From: an uncultured Candidatus Saccharibacteria bacterium
GTDB lineage: Bacteria; Patescibacteriota; CPR2; UBA1875; CAIMLA01
Direction of reading: 5' to 3'
DNA: 64,000 nt
Assembly (NCBI GenBank): GCA_964501135.1
Contig: CAZCRI010000005.1
Coordinates: 14,771 to 78,770, forward strand
Shown in pieces: positions 48,974 to 59,413 of this stretch. The notes under the pieces were generated by a model. That model had not been told where the DNA came from. It saw nothing but the letters and a program-made list of their open reading frames with translations, and made no database searches. How positions within the stretch are numbered: position 1 is the first letter of the stretch; every line of letters starts with the position of its first letter. The translations under genes were made by a program, and so were the position numbers.

Positions 48974-50002
48974 ATGTTTAAAGATAAGGTTTTACTTATT
49001 ACCGGTGGTACTGGTTCATTCGGGAACGCTGTTTTAAAAAGATTCCTCGAGACTGACATCAAAGAAATTCGTATTTTTTCTCGTGACGAGAAGAAACAAG
49101 ACGACATGCGCAAAAAATACAAAAACGATAAGCTGAAATTCTACATTGGTGATGTCCGTAATCTAGAAGGGGTTCGAGAAGCCGTAAAGGGTGTTGATTA
49201 TATCTTCCATGCAGCTGCCCTGAAACAAGTACCTTCTTGTGAGTTTTTCCCCATGGAAGCAGTTCGAACTAACGTTCTGGGTACTGACAACGTTTTAACC
49301 GCTGCTATCGATGCCGGTGTGAAGAAGGTCGTTTGCCTTTCTACCGACAAAGCCGCCTACCCGATAAACGCAATGGGCACATCGAAGGCTATGATGGAAA
49401 AGGTTATTATCGCGAAATCACGAACAGTCGACCCTAAGGACACTACAATTTGCTGTACCAGATACGGTAATGTCATGGCATCTCGCGGCTCTGTAATCCC
49501 TCTCTTTGTCGAGCAGATTAAGGCTGGGAACGACATCACGATTACAGACCCTACTATGACCCGCTTCCTAATGAATCTTGACGAAGCTGTTGACCTTGTT
49601 CTTTTTGCCTTTAACAACGCTAATCAAGGCGACCTGTTTGTGCAGAAGGCTCCAGCATCTACTATAAAGGACCTTGCTCAGGCCATAAAGGAACTATTTA
49701 AGGTGGAGACAAAAATTCACATAATCGGTACCAGACATGGCGAAAAGGCGCACGAAACACTGCTCACTCGCGAAGAGAAGGCTAAATGTACTGATCTTGG
49801 GGACTACTTCCAGGTACCAGCCGATACTAGGGATTTAAATTACGAAAAATACTTCGAAATTGGTGATAAAAAAATCGAAGAAGTTATCGAATATACTTCC
49901 AGCAACACTAACAGACTTGACGTAGAAGGAGTCAAGAAGAAGCTACTCACTGTAGATTACTTTGTAGATGAACTAGAAAGCAGAACAGGAGAAGCTCTTT
50001 GA
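48974..50002 (+). CDS. fnlA: UDP-N-acetylglucosamine 4,6-dehydratase/5-epimerase (FnlA/Cap5E/WbjB family)
   Basis: MFKDKVLLITGGTGSFGNAVLKRFLETDIKEIRIFSRDEKKQDDMRKKY is near-identical to the Cap5E/FnlA N-terminus; STDKAAYPINAMGTSKAMMEK catalytic region; 342 aa. Confidence 0.85.
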   Translation: MFKDKVLLITGGTGSFGNAVLKRFLETDIKEIRIFSRDEKKQDDMRKKYKNDKLKFYIGDVRNLEGVREAVKGVDYIFHAAALKQVPSCEFFPMEAVRTNVLGTDNVLTAAIDAGVKKVVCLSTDKAAYPINAMGTSKAMMEKVIIAKSRTVDPKDTTICCTRYGNVMASRGSVIPLFVEQIKAGNDITITDPTMTRFLMNLDEAVDLVLFAFNNANQGDLFVQKAPASTIKDLAQAIKELFKVETKIHIIGTRHGEKAHETLLTREEKAKCTDLGDYFQVPADTRDLNYEKYFEIGDKKIEEVIEYTSSNTNRLDVEGVKKKLLTVDYFVDELESRTGEAL

Positions 50003-51114
50003 AAACTGTCTTAGTTACAGGATCTTCCGGTTTTATCGGTCAAAATCTCTGCAAGAGATTGGAGGAAATTACCGAACTTGAAATCCTACGCTTTGAAAAA
50101 GATAATACTACAGATGATCTTCGGAAATTCCTAAAGGAATCTGATTTTGTTTTTCATTTAGCCGGGATCAACAGACCTAAAGACGAAAAAGAATTCGACA
50201 CTGGTAACCGCGGACTTACAGAGGATTTGCTGTCCTTAATCGAAGAAAGTGGAAGAAAGATTCCCGTCCTTATTACTTCATCAATTCAGGCCGAACTAGA
50301 TAATCCTTATGGGAAAAGCAAAAAAGCAGCCGAAACTGCAATTTTTGAATGGTCTAAAACTACCGGCAATAAGGCCTTCGTATACAGGCTACCTAACGTC
50401 TTTGGGAAATGGTGTCGTCCAAACTACAACTCCGTTGTGGCTACTTTTTGCAATAATATAGCCAACGATTTGGAAATATCCATAAACGATCGCTCCATAG
50501 AACTCAACTTGGTCTATATTGACGATGTGACAAAAGATTTTATTGAGGCGTTCAAAGGAAGAAAGAAGCCAGGTGCAGATGGTTATTGTTATATAGACAG
50601 AACCTTCACCTCGACTCTTGGTAAGCTAGCAGACACGATTCAATCGTTCAAGGAAAACCGCTCATCTTTACTTGTGCCAAACTTCGAAAATATTTTTGAT
50701 AGATTTTTATACGCGACCTTTACTTCATACTTAGACAAAGACGATTTTTCCTACCCTCTAGAAATGAGGCACGATGATAGAGGATGGCTCTCCGAATTTA
50801 TAAAATCAAATCAGTTCGGGCAAATTTTTGTATCAAAAACAAAACCGGGGATTACTCGGGGCAATCACTGGCATCATACTAAAATAGAAAAATTCCTTGT
50901 TTTGTCAGGAAACGCCGAGATTAAATTCCGAAATGTTAACGGTCAAGATACCATCAACTATAAAGTGAATGGAGACGAACTAAAAGTTCTTGATATCCCT
51001 GCCGGTTATACCCACTCAATAAAGAACACTGGCGAAACAGAACTCGTCACACTTTTTTGGTCGGATGAAATCTTCAACCAAGAAGATCCAGATACTTACT
51101 TTCTAGAGGTGTAA
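49999..51114 (+). CDS. fnlB: UDP-2-acetamido-2,6-dideoxy-L-talose 4-reductase (FnlB/Cap5F/WbjC family)
   Basis: MKTVLVTGSSGFIGQNL Rossmann motif; C-terminal cupin-like domain KPGITRGNHWHHTK...PDTYFLEV as in Cap5F; 371 aa. Confidence 0.8.
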   Translation: MKTVLVTGSSGFIGQNLCKRLEEITELEILRFEKDNTTDDLRKFLKESDFVFHLAGINRPKDEKEFDTGNRGLTEDLLSLIEESGRKIPVLITSSIQAELDNPYGKSKKAAETAIFEWSKTTGNKAFVYRLPNVFGKWCRPNYNSVVATFCNNIANDLEISINDRSIELNLVYIDDVTKDFIEAFKGRKKPGADGYCYIDRTFTSTLGKLADTIQSFKENRSSLLVPNFENIFDRFLYATFTSYLDKDDFSYPLEMRHDDRGWLSEFIKSNQFGQIFVSKTKPGITRGNHWHHTKIEKFLVLSGNAEIKFRNVNGQDTINYKVNGDELKVLDIPAGYTHSIKNTGETELVTLFWSDEIFNQEDPDTYFLEV

Positions 51115-51143
51115 CGGAATTTAGTAACAATAAGGAGCCTTTT

Positions 51144-52271
51144 ATGAAAAAACTAAAGCTTGTTACCGTGATCGGTACCCGCCCAGAAATTATTAGATTG
51201 TCAGAGGTAATTAAAACTGCTGATAAATATTTCGACCAAGTCCTAGTGCATACTGGACAAAACTACGACTATGAGCTAAACCAAGTATTCTTTGATGACC
51301 TTGGGCTTCGGAAGCCAGACTACTTCCTAGAAGCGGCAGGCGAAAACTTGGGCGCATCAATGGGAAATATTATCGCTAAAACATACGAAACCTTGGTGAA
51401 AGAGGCTCCTGATGCACTACTAGTCCTTGGAGACACAAACAGCTGCCTATCGGCAATTTCCGCCAAAAGATTGAAGATCCCAATTTTTCACATGGAAGCC
51501 GGGAATCGCTGTTTCGACCAGAATGTTCCTGAGGAAATTAACAGGAAAATTGTAGACCACACAAGCGACATCAACATGGCCTATACCGAACACTCTCGCA
51601 GATACTTAATTTCTGAAGGAATAAGAAAAGACCATATTTTTGTAACGGGCTCGCCAATGGCCGAGGTACTCACAAAAAATGAGGAAAAAATTGCTAAAAG
51701 CAAAGTTCTTTCCGAACTTAAACTTAAAAAAGACAACTACCTCTTAGTCTCCGCCCACCGCGAAGAGAACATCGATAACGAGCAAAACTTCCTCTCTTTG
51801 ATGACAGCCCTAAATAATATTGCTGAAAAGTATCAAATGCCTGTTATCTACTCTACTCACCCTAGATCATGGAAGGTTATCGAGAAGAGAAACTTTAAGC
51901 TTCACTCCTTGATCCAACAGATGAAGCCCTTTGGCTTTTTCGACTATAACTGCCTACAGAAAAACGCTTTCTGTGTTCTTTCTGACAGCGGCACCTTATC
52001 CGAAGAAAGCGCAATGCTCGACTTTAGTGGCGTACTTATTAGAACCTCCACCGAAAGACCTGAAGTACTCGACAAAGGAACCATCATCGTTGGCGGTATA
52101 AAAGGCGACGATATAGAGCAGGCAATCGAGCTGTCTAGAGCGATGAAAGAGAACAAGGAAGTCACCCTACTAGCAACCGATTATAAGGATCTCAATGTTT
52201 CCGTGAAAGTGGTCAAGATTATTCAGAGCTACACTAAAATTATTAACCAAGAAATATGGCGAAAGCAGTAA
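51144..52271 (+). CDS. fnlC: UDP-N-acetylglucosamine 2-epimerase, non-hydrolysing (FnlC/Cap5G/WbjD)
   Basis: MKKLKLVTVIGTRPEIIRLS N-terminus, HMEAGNRCF, canonical 2-epimerase core; 375 aa. Confidence 0.85.
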   Translation: MKKLKLVTVIGTRPEIIRLSEVIKTADKYFDQVLVHTGQNYDYELNQVFFDDLGLRKPDYFLEAAGENLGASMGNIIAKTYETLVKEAPDALLVLGDTNSCLSAISAKRLKIPIFHMEAGNRCFDQNVPEEINRKIVDHTSDINMAYTEHSRRYLISEGIRKDHIFVTGSPMAEVLTKNEEKIAKSKVLSELKLKKDNYLLVSAHREENIDNEQNFLSLMTALNNIAEKYQMPVIYSTHPRSWKVIEKRNFKLHSLIQQMKPFGFFDYNCLQKNAFCVLSDSGTLSEESAMLDFSGVLIRTSTERPEVLDKGTIIVGGIKGDDIEQAIELSRAMKENKEVTLLATDYKDLNVSVKVVKIIQSYTKIINQEIWRKQ

Positions 52272-53512
52272 TTTCAAAGTCCAAACCTAAGATTCTGGTC
52301 ATCTGCCAACACTTTTGGCCAGAGGCATTTAAGATTAATGACATTTGCGATTACTTTGTTGAAAACGACTGCGAGGTAGACGTCCTTTGTGGCATTCCAA
52401 ACTACCCAAAGGGGTCATTCAGTGAAGGCTATGGCTACTTCAAAAAGCGAAATGAAGTCCATAATAAGGTAAATATTCACCGGTCATTTGAGATACCGAG
52501 GGGCGATAACTCAAACCTCAGGATTTTCATCAACTACATTTCCTTCCCCCTTTCCAGTCTGTTTCACATACCAAGACTCCTCCGAAATGATTATGACAAG
52601 ATTTTTATCTACCAATTATCGCCAGTGATTATGGCTGTAGCGGGAATTTTGATTGGGAAAATCAAGAAAGTAGAAACCACAATGTATGTTCTCGACCTGT
52701 GGCCAGAGAACCTTTACTCGGTACTTGAGGTGAAAAACAAGTTTCTTCGCAATATCGCCGAGGGTGTCTCACATTGGCACTACCGAAACGTCGATAAGAT
52801 TATTACTATTTCTGAAAAAATGAAAAAGATGCTCCAAGATATTTCTGGTCTACCTTCGGAAAAAATCATTTTTATTCCTCAACATGGCGAAAAGGTTTAT
52901 GAAAAAATCGAGCACGACAAAGCGCTGGAAAAGCGGTTTTCTAAAGGGTTCAACGTCGTATTTGCAGGCAATATTAGTCCCGCCCAATCATTCGATACCA
53001 TCATCAAGGCAGCTAAAATTATTAAGGACGCTAGGATAAACGACATCAACTGGATTATCGTCGGTGATGGCATGTCGAGGAAATGGCTGGAAGAAGAAGT
53101 TTCAAAAGCGAGACTAAGCGACTCTTTTTTCTTTGAAGGGTTTAAACCCATGACAGAAATGCCTAAATATCAGACAATGGCCGACGCACTTGTGGCTTGT
53201 CTGGTGAAAAGTCCGCTTTTGGACTGCACTATTCCGGCGAAGGTAACTTCATACCTAGCATCCAGCAAGCCAGTGATTCTGGCTATGGACGGCGAGGCTC
53301 AGGACCTGATTAACAACAATCACTGCGGTTACGCTGGTCCTGCGGAGGATAGCAATTCCCTAGCCGAGAACATCACTAGACTATACCACTCCACCCAAGA
53401 GGAACGCATTCAAATGGGGAAAAACTCCAGCCGAGTATATTTTGAAAAATTCGAAAGAAGCGTAAACCTAAAAAACCTATTTACATTTATTTTCACAAAA
53501 AGAAAGGCCTAA
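52256..53512 (+). CDS. GT4 glycosyltransferase, WbuB-like (L-FucNAc transferase candidate)
   Basis: PKILVICQHFWPEAFKIND N-terminus typical of WbuB-type enzymes, located directly after fnlABC; 418 aa. Confidence 0.7.
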   Translation: MAKAVISKSKPKILVICQHFWPEAFKINDICDYFVENDCEVDVLCGIPNYPKGSFSEGYGYFKKRNEVHNKVNIHRSFEIPRGDNSNLRIFINYISFPLSSLFHIPRLLRNDYDKIFIYQLSPVIMAVAGILIGKIKKVETTMYVLDLWPENLYSVLEVKNKFLRNIAEGVSHWHYRNVDKIITISEKMKKMLQDISGLPSEKIIFIPQHGEKVYEKIEHDKALEKRFSKGFNVVFAGNISPAQSFDTIIKAAKIIKDARINDINWIIVGDGMSRKWLEEEVSKARLSDSFFFEGFKPMTEMPKYQTMADALVACLVKSPLLDCTIPAKVTSYLASSKPVILAMDGEAQDLINNNHCGYAGPAEDSNSLAENITRLYHSTQEERIQMGKNSSRVYFEKFERSVNLKNLFTFIFTKRKA

Positions 53513-53513
53513 A

Positions 53514-53888
53514 ATGCTAGAAGTAATTGTCTTAACTATTCTATTCTCTATCTCGACCGTAATTTCGATCCTACTACTTGGAAGCCGCGCAATCATTGGT
53601 GGGGAGATGAATTTTGTCCGTATCGTACAGATCTTATTTAGTTGGCAATTTATCGTCGGAGCAATATTCGCGTTTGCCTCAAGAATGATATTTATGCTCA
53701 TCAACAGCGCCCTTTATAAGATGCCAGCGTTATCTAGTAGCTCAACAACTATCACTACCCTAATAACAACTGTTTCTCTAATTTTCGTGATTATTGCAAA
53801 CTATCTATTTTTGCACGAAAAAATCTCACTCATCCAAGGAGTTGGGGCCCTCGTAATACTTCTGGGTATTTTTCTAATTACGAAATAG
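53514..53888 (+). CDS. small 4-TM membrane protein, GtrA/ArnE-like (candidate lipid-linked sugar translocase subunit)
   Basis: 124 aa, four TM helices, ATG overlaps the preceding stop. Confidence 0.4.
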   Translation: MLEVIVLTILFSISTVISILLLGSRAIIGGEMNFVRIVQILFSWQFIVGAIFAFASRMIFMLINSALYKMPALSSSSTTITTLITTVSLIFVIIANYLFLHEKISLIQGVGALVILLGIFLITK

Positions 53889-53890
53889 CC

Positions 53891-55774
53891 TTAGTCTTCC
53901 TTTACTAACTGAGATAAGGGATTACTTTTGAGAATATAGGCAGAAAAATAATTCTGGTCTGCCCTTTTTTTGAGAATATTCGCACAGCTGGATTCCTCCA
54001 CCTCTTCCGAATTCGAAGTAAGAAAGCACTTACTTATACCTCCTTCTTGTGTAGTGTAATATTTGTCATCTATTGTAAATCCTGGCTTATAAGAGTTTAC
54101 CGAAGAGAAGAATCCGGCCTCGCCACCCAAAAGATCGCGACCCAAGACAAGCCCCGTATTTTTTATCCCCAGTAAATTCATGATTGTGGGCATAATATCA
54201 AGATTGTTTGAAATTTTATGATCGACTCTTCCGATAGTACTGTTGGGTAATCTAACCAGCAGCGGAACCTTATTACCCAGATCTGATTTTGTGTCTACAT
54301 AGCCCTCGTCGTCACTATATGAAGGAACCACGGGGGTGTGGTCACCCAAGAGAATAAATAGACTATCTTCATACAGCCCCTCCTTTCTAAGCCTTGCTAT
54401 AAAATTCCCTAAGGCAGAGTCTGTGTAATGTATCGCATTCAAGTATCTGGCTGACATTTCAGGCAGCTCTTTACTACTTACTGCAATTTCTGACTCTCCT
54501 CCTGCTAATGTAAATGGGGCATGGCTAGTAAGTGTAATCGCGTAACTAAATCTTGGCTTCTTCTGTGCCTTAATATATGCCACCGTTTTTTCTAAAAAAT
54601 CCCTGTCATTTACCCCCATACTAATATTTGCGGCCCCTAAATACTTTTCGGAAGTAAAAAACTTCTCAAAGCCTAGTTTTCTATAGGCGTTTTTTCTATT
54701 CCAGAAGTCGCCATTGTAGCCATGATAGGCATATGTACTATAACCATTCTCTTTTAATATTTTTGGTAAGGCGTAAAAATCATTATTGCCGTATTTTGTT
54801 AATGCTGCCACCTCGTTAGATGGAGCTAAAGACGTGTAGGCTCCGTATTCAATGTCTGACGTACCTCCTAGTCCGTATGAGAAAAAATTATTATCAAAAT
54901 ATTGAGACTCTTTGACTAGCCTATTCACATTTGGTGTAATTTCTGTTCCATTTATCTTTCTATCAACCACAGCTTGTGCTAATGACTCAACCTGGATAAT
55001 ATAGATATCTTTTCCTGCTGCATGACCTGTGAAGCCGTTTGGTGCAATTTCTTTTTTGGCTGATATATATTTACTCTTAAATGTCTTGTCTTCACCTTTA
55101 TCATTCGCCGAAAATAATGAACCAACCGTTTTAACTGAATCAATTACGTTATAGCCCAATACCCCATAATTTCTTGCCACGGCTAAATAGTCATAACCCT
55201 GCCTAAAGAATGTACTGACAGCAAATTTATAGTCATTGTTATATATACATACCACCAAAAACAAAGCTAACGCAAAGGGTCTCCAATTCTGTTTTCTATA
55301 TGGCCAAGGATAATTGTCTTTTATTTTATATAGATAAATACAAGTTATTACGATTAGATCAAAGAAAAATATAAAATCACCAAAATGAATAAGACCCAAT
55401 ACTGAACCATAAACATCGTCTACCTGGTTAGCTAAGGTTAGCGACGAAACTCTAGGCAAAGAACCATAGTACCTAAAATAAACCTGGTTAACAAACAAAA
55501 CAATCGCATAAAGCCACGCTATAAGTATATGTATCCCGGCCCTAAATTTTCCCCCCCGTAGAAAATACCCAAGGGCAAATAATGGCAAACTTATAAGAAG
55601 GATGAAGACCAGTGGCAGGGGGTCAGAAATTAACTTTTTGAAATCTAATACCTGAACATTAAATAATAGGTACAAACTCTTTATGTAGACAAAAGCTACC
55701 GCCCAGATTAAGTAAACTGTATCAGGATACCTGCGGTTTATGTTAGAGAAATATTTGTCTAATTTTTTATTCAT
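53891..55774 (-). CDS. LtaS-like sulfatase-family membrane protein (polyol-/phospho-transferase type; 5 N-terminal TM + extracellular alkaline-phosphatase-superfamily domain)
   Basis: N-terminal 5 TM, extracellular domain with ILLGDHTP and metal-binding-type motifs; 627 aa. Confidence 0.65.
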   Translation of the reverse strand: MNKKLDKYFSNINRRYPDTVYLIWAVAFVYIKSLYLLFNVQVLDFKKLISDPLPLVFILLISLPLFALGYFLRGGKFRAGIHILIAWLYAIVLFVNQVYFRYYGSLPRVSSLTLANQVDDVYGSVLGLIHFGDFIFFFDLIVITCIYLYKIKDNYPWPYRKQNWRPFALALFLVVCIYNNDYKFAVSTFFRQGYDYLAVARNYGVLGYNVIDSVKTVGSLFSANDKGEDKTFKSKYISAKKEIAPNGFTGHAAGKDIYIIQVESLAQAVVDRKINGTEITPNVNRLVKESQYFDNNFFSYGLGGTSDIEYGAYTSLAPSNEVAALTKYGNNDFYALPKILKENGYSTYAYHGYNGDFWNRKNAYRKLGFEKFFTSEKYLGAANISMGVNDRDFLEKTVAYIKAQKKPRFSYAITLTSHAPFTLAGGESEIAVSSKELPEMSARYLNAIHYTDSALGNFIARLRKEGLYEDSLFILLGDHTPVVPSYSDDEGYVDTKSDLGNKVPLLVRLPNSTIGRVDHKISNNLDIMPTIMNLLGIKNTGLVLGRDLLGGEAGFFSSVNSYKPGFTIDDKYYTTQEGGISKCFLTSNSEEVEESSCANILKKRADQNYFSAYILKSNPLSQLVKED

Positions 55775-55907
55775 TTCTGTATTTTACTTCAATAGTCTGG
55801 TGAATGGCCGCTCAGCCCATCCAAGGAACATAGATGCGTCTTGTAAGTATGCCCCTACAAGCTTAGCGCTTTTTGAGTCTAGCTGTCTAAACAACAGGTG
55901 TGTTATA

Positions 55908-56792
55908 TTAATTTTCTTCAGGCGTATCGTGTCTAACTATCGGCTTATTTACCCTATACCTTCCTGCTTTTATATCTTCTAGTCCCTTTGCTTCTGAAGC
56001 TACTGTCCTTTGGTATTCAGGCAATTCGGCGACCTTATCCAAATAGCTCTCAAAACGCTTGCTCATAGCCCTCATAACGTCATCTGCGGCAACAAAAGAG
56101 ACTTCTCCACCCTTTGCCTGGAAATAGCTATAAACCTCTCTCAAGAGCTCGTCTTCAACAATTTCCGGAAGGCGTTCATACATTTCTCTCATACGTGGAA
56201 TATGGTATGAGTTTGTAACAACTGCCAGGTGGTGCCAGTCTTTCTCTACTGCAAGCTTCACCATCTCAATGACTTCGGTTATAGTACTGATTGATTTTTC
56301 TTCATAAACAATTCTATTTGAGTCAACACCTCTAGCGATTAGCTCTTCGGCAATAACTGCCGCGTGGGTAGGTTCATCGTCAAAAACCTTACTTGTTGCG
56401 ACGATTGGGATTTCCGGGTAGATATTTGCGATTTCTGTAGTTGCAATTATTCTTGGCTTGCTACCCGTAACATGTCCTGTATCGGTTTTTTGATCAAATG
56501 CGGTGCTCCCGTAATAGTCCCCCCTGGGGTCTGTTTTCTTTGCGATTCCCCCGCTCATGGAGAAAACCACATCAGGTGTAGCTCCTTCGCTGAACCCGTT
56601 GGTGACAATACCCCTGATCTTCTTCTCTCTGGCAGTATCGAGTGCTTCTCCTGTCTCTGCATCGCCCTCTATCTCGGCCAAGACCTCGACGTCAGTCTCC
56701 GCTCTTTCATTTTCTCCGTGTGTCTGCCCGTTCTCTGGGAAAGAAGATATACCAGATTCTCCGATGGGTCCCCCGTGTCCTGTTTCTGCCAT
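55908..56792 (-). CDS. DUF218 (SanA/YdcF/ElyC-like) domain protein with acidic Gly-rich N-terminal extension
   Basis: HLAVVTNSYHIPRMREMYER matches the DUF218 core; 294 aa. Confidence 0.6.
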   Translation of the reverse strand: MAETGHGGPIGESGISSFPENGQTHGENERAETDVEVLAEIEGDAETGEALDTAREKKIRGIVTNGFSEGATPDVVFSMSGGIAKKTDPRGDYYGSTAFDQKTDTGHVTGSKPRIIATTEIANIYPEIPIVATSKVFDDEPTHAAVIAEELIARGVDSNRIVYEEKSISTITEVIEMVKLAVEKDWHHLAVVTNSYHIPRMREMYERLPEIVEDELLREVYSYFQAKGGEVSFVAADDVMRAMSKRFESYLDKVAELPEYQRTVASEAKGLEDIKAGRYRVNKPIVRHDTPEEN

Positions 56793-56816
56793 TTTGTGTC
56801 TCCTGCCTTTCCGGTA

Positions 56817-57167
56817 TTATTGCTTCTTTTCGAGGTCTGATATTCTCTTCTCAAGCAAGGCTTGTTTTTGCGTTAGTACAATTACCCTATCCGTTTGATG
56901 GGAAACAATAACCGAAAGCATGAGTGTGAGCAAAAGTAGCCCAAGTATGGCTGCCAAGAAGACCATTGTCGGTGGATACTGAATCCCCACAAAGTGAGAT
57001 GCCCATGTTATCAGGGGCACATCTAGGAATCCGATTGGCATCGCTAAGACAATAACCAACCATAAAATCGCGTATTTTTCTCGCAGGTGATTCTTTTTCA
57101 GTAACCAGATAACAGTTCCGAGCAAAACAACACATACCGTTGCGGTTAGAAGGTAGTAATTCTGCAT
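56817..57167 (-). CDS. DUF2304-family small membrane protein (commonly paired with GtrB-like GT2)
   Basis: 116 aa, 3 TM + C-terminal coiled-coil (LTQKQALLEKRISDLEKKQ); sits 1 nt after the GT2 gene. Confidence 0.5.
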   Translation of the reverse strand: MQNYYLLTATVCVVLLGTVIWLLKKNHLREKYAILWLVIVLAMPIGFLDVPLITWASHFVGIQYPPTMVFLAAILGLLLLTLMLSVIVSHQTDRVIVLTQKQALLEKRISDLEKKQ

Positions 57168-57168
57168 T

Positions 57169-57864
57169 TTATCCTCTTAATTTCTGCATAAGCATTGAGC
57201 TTATAACTTTTACCATATAATAGACCGACTTAAGGGGGGTAATAGATGACTTTCCTCCCTGTCTTTCGTGCATTTTAACGGGTGTCTCAGAAACTTTAAG
57301 TCCATGGTTCTTTAGATACACAATTACTTCTGGCTCTGGATAGTCGCTAGGGTAGTACTTGGTGTAAAGTTCTATCACTTTCCGGTCTGCCAGTCTGAAC
57401 CCAGAGGTAGCGTCCGTTATCTTCTGCCCGGTCAGTAAGTACGAGGTAAGAGCAAAAATATTTATTCCAATCCTTCGAGCGAATGAAGACCTAAAACTTC
57501 GTTCCCCCATAAACCGAGAGCCTATGACAAGATTTGCCCCTGTTTCTTGTTGCGCCTGAACTAGGCGTTTAATTTCTTTTGGCTCATGCTGGCCATCGCC
57601 GTCAACTTGAACTGCAAAGTCATAGCCATTATCGCGAGCGTACTTATAGCCAGTTTGCATGGCACCACCAATCCCTAGATTTACAGGGAGGCACAAATGA
57701 CTAATCCCGGATTCTAGAAGCACCTGCTCGGTCTTGTCGGTGGAGCAGTCATTTACAACCACAGTATCATATGCGCTATCTGCTGCACTGATCGAAGTAG
57801 CAACCTTTGCAATTGACATCTGCTCATTGTAAGCCGGTACTATAACCAATATTCGCTTATCCAT
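57169..57864 (-). CDS. GT2 polyprenyl-phosphate glycosyltransferase (GtrB/DPM1-like)
   Basis: ILVIVPAYNEQMSIAKV...VVNDCSTDKTEQ...DGDGQHEP GT-A DxD-type motifs; 231 aa, no TM tail. Confidence 0.85.
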   Translation of the reverse strand: MDKRILVIVPAYNEQMSIAKVATSISAADSAYDTVVVNDCSTDKTEQVLLESGISHLCLPVNLGIGGAMQTGYKYARDNGYDFAVQVDGDGQHEPKEIKRLVQAQQETGANLVIGSRFMGERSFRSSFARRIGINIFALTSYLLTGQKITDATSGFRLADRKVIELYTKYYPSDYPEPEVIVYLKNHGLKVSETPVKMHERQGGKSSITPLKSVYYMVKVISSMLMQKLRG

Positions 57865-59413
57865 TTATCCCCCTTCGGAACTGATTAATCCTGTTTCTCG
57901 ATTTATTGAAAATCAAGGAGCCCCAATATTCTAGGTATCCGAGGCCTCCCACTGCTCCGTAGGCAACCAAGGGTATTACTATAACCCTGTATCGTGGTTG
58001 TGACTCCACTAATAGTAGCACAAGAGCCATCAGTGTAGTAAAGAATACAATAAAAACATTATCGGCACTTTCATCTCTCTCTTTAAGCATTCTTAAGATA
58101 TTCATACTGTAAAGAAAAGAAATTGCGAGAAAAAACGCTTTCGATAAATTCTTCACAACATCCTGATCCAAGAATGGTGGAAGCTTAGGCAGAGTGTAGA
58201 ATTCCTTACTATATAAAGACATGTTATTTATGGGGTCGTCATTTGACCACATCATATTGAACTTGTCCAAGAACAATTTAGGATACCCTTGTTGTTTAGC
58301 GATATTTTCTTCCAAGAGACTGATAAACCTTGCGTCTTCCCTCTTGTAGCTACCATCGGTTAGGGTTCCTTCCAGAGCCTCCTTGCTTAGTCTTTCATAA
58401 TAGGGATAGTAATAATTGTAGGTAATCAAACCATCTCCCCTGGGGTTAAGCCCCGTTGCCAAAGTATAGGCAAGTATACTCTTATTTACTGGACCCCGTG
58501 CATAGAACCCAAGTAACGCGTATATCGGTAATGGTACCAGCATAAACACAATAAAGAATGCGCCGATGACAGGTAAAAACAACTTGAGTTTATTCTCTAC
58601 AATAAGCTTTCTTAATACGATTATAATAAAAATTGGAACTAAAATTATGGCTGTTTGTTTGAATAAATTTGAAAGAGCTAGAACTAATGCAAGCACCAAA
58701 ACCTCGAGTATGAGTACTTTTGTCTGGGCACTTCTCTGTATTAGAAACAGCAGAAGTACTGCACAACTGATAAGCCCAATGATTAACGAGTCTGTCCCGG
58801 GAAAATTGGAATAGAGAATATAGGTTGGGTATAAAGCCAAAATAAATATTAAGGGCGAGACAAGAGACTTCTTCCCTTTTATCTCAAGCAGAATTGAGAA
58901 CAACACCGACGGTAATGCTATCGCAACTAGTCCTAGTAGTTTGACTAGTGCCACTTTGGACCCAAAAAATTTGAATGCTACCAGTAATAATAGACCGAAG
59001 ATCCCCCAGTGACTAAAGATTAGGGCATGCGGGGTAACCGAGGGGCCGCTTTGCAGCCAGTGTTTAGCATATTCGAAAGAGTACAGAGGCTCGACAACCA
59101 AGGGGGTCTTCAGGACAAATATTATATAACTACATACTGCTAGTCCAATGGCTGCCATTAAGAAAATTAGAACAACCTTAATGGGGGGGCTGATAATCTT
59201 CGTGAGAACCAGCAGAATTAACACCACAACAACAGCAAAAACAAAAGACATATATGACTTATTCACAGCAAGGTATACAACCTGTGAAAGCACGATGCAA
59301 AAAGACAAAACAAACCCACCCAATAAGCCAACCTTAACCAACACACCCAGCAGTCGTAAGGCGTGGCTCGAAAGACTATGCTTTTTTGTTTTTTGCATTA
59401 TATATCCTATCAA
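57857..59413 (-). CDS. GT-C fold membrane glycosyltransferase (ArnT/PMT, GT39/GT83-like)
   Basis: ~12 TM, 518 aa, directly upstream of and coupled to the GtrB-like gene; annotated start overlaps the upstream GT2 gene, so the true start may be internal. Confidence 0.5.
   Translation of the reverse strand: MIGYIMQKTKKHSLSSHALRLLGVLVKVGLLGGFVLSFCIVLSQVVYLAVNKSYMSFVFAVVVVLILLVLTKIISPPIKVVLIFLMAAIGLAVCSYIIFVLKTPLVVEPLYSFEYAKHWLQSGPSVTPHALIFSHWGIFGLLLLVAFKFFGSKVALVKLLGLVAIALPSVLFSILLEIKGKKSLVSPLIFILALYPTYILYSNFPGTDSLIIGLISCAVLLLFLIQRSAQTKVLILEVLVLALVLALSNLFKQTAIILVPIFIIIVLRKLIVENKLKLFLPVIGAFFIVFMLVPLPIYALLGFYARGPVNKSILAYTLATGLNPRGDGLITYNYYYPYYERLSKEALEGTLTDGSYKREDARFISLLEENIAKQQGYPKLFLDKFNMMWSNDDPINNMSLYSKEFYTLPKLPPFLDQDVVKNLSKAFFLAISFLYSMNILRMLKERDESADNVFIVFFTTLMALVLLLVESQPRYRVIVIPLVAYGAVGGLGYLEYWGSLIFNKSRNRINQFRRGING

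Noticed and set aside
55740-56898. Plus-strand ORFs 55740..55982, 56364..56840, 56557..56898, 56642..56911
   Set aside because: Antisense to, or overlapping, the DUF218 gene and intergenic DNA; products are Cys/Pro/Ser-rich low-complexity sequences.
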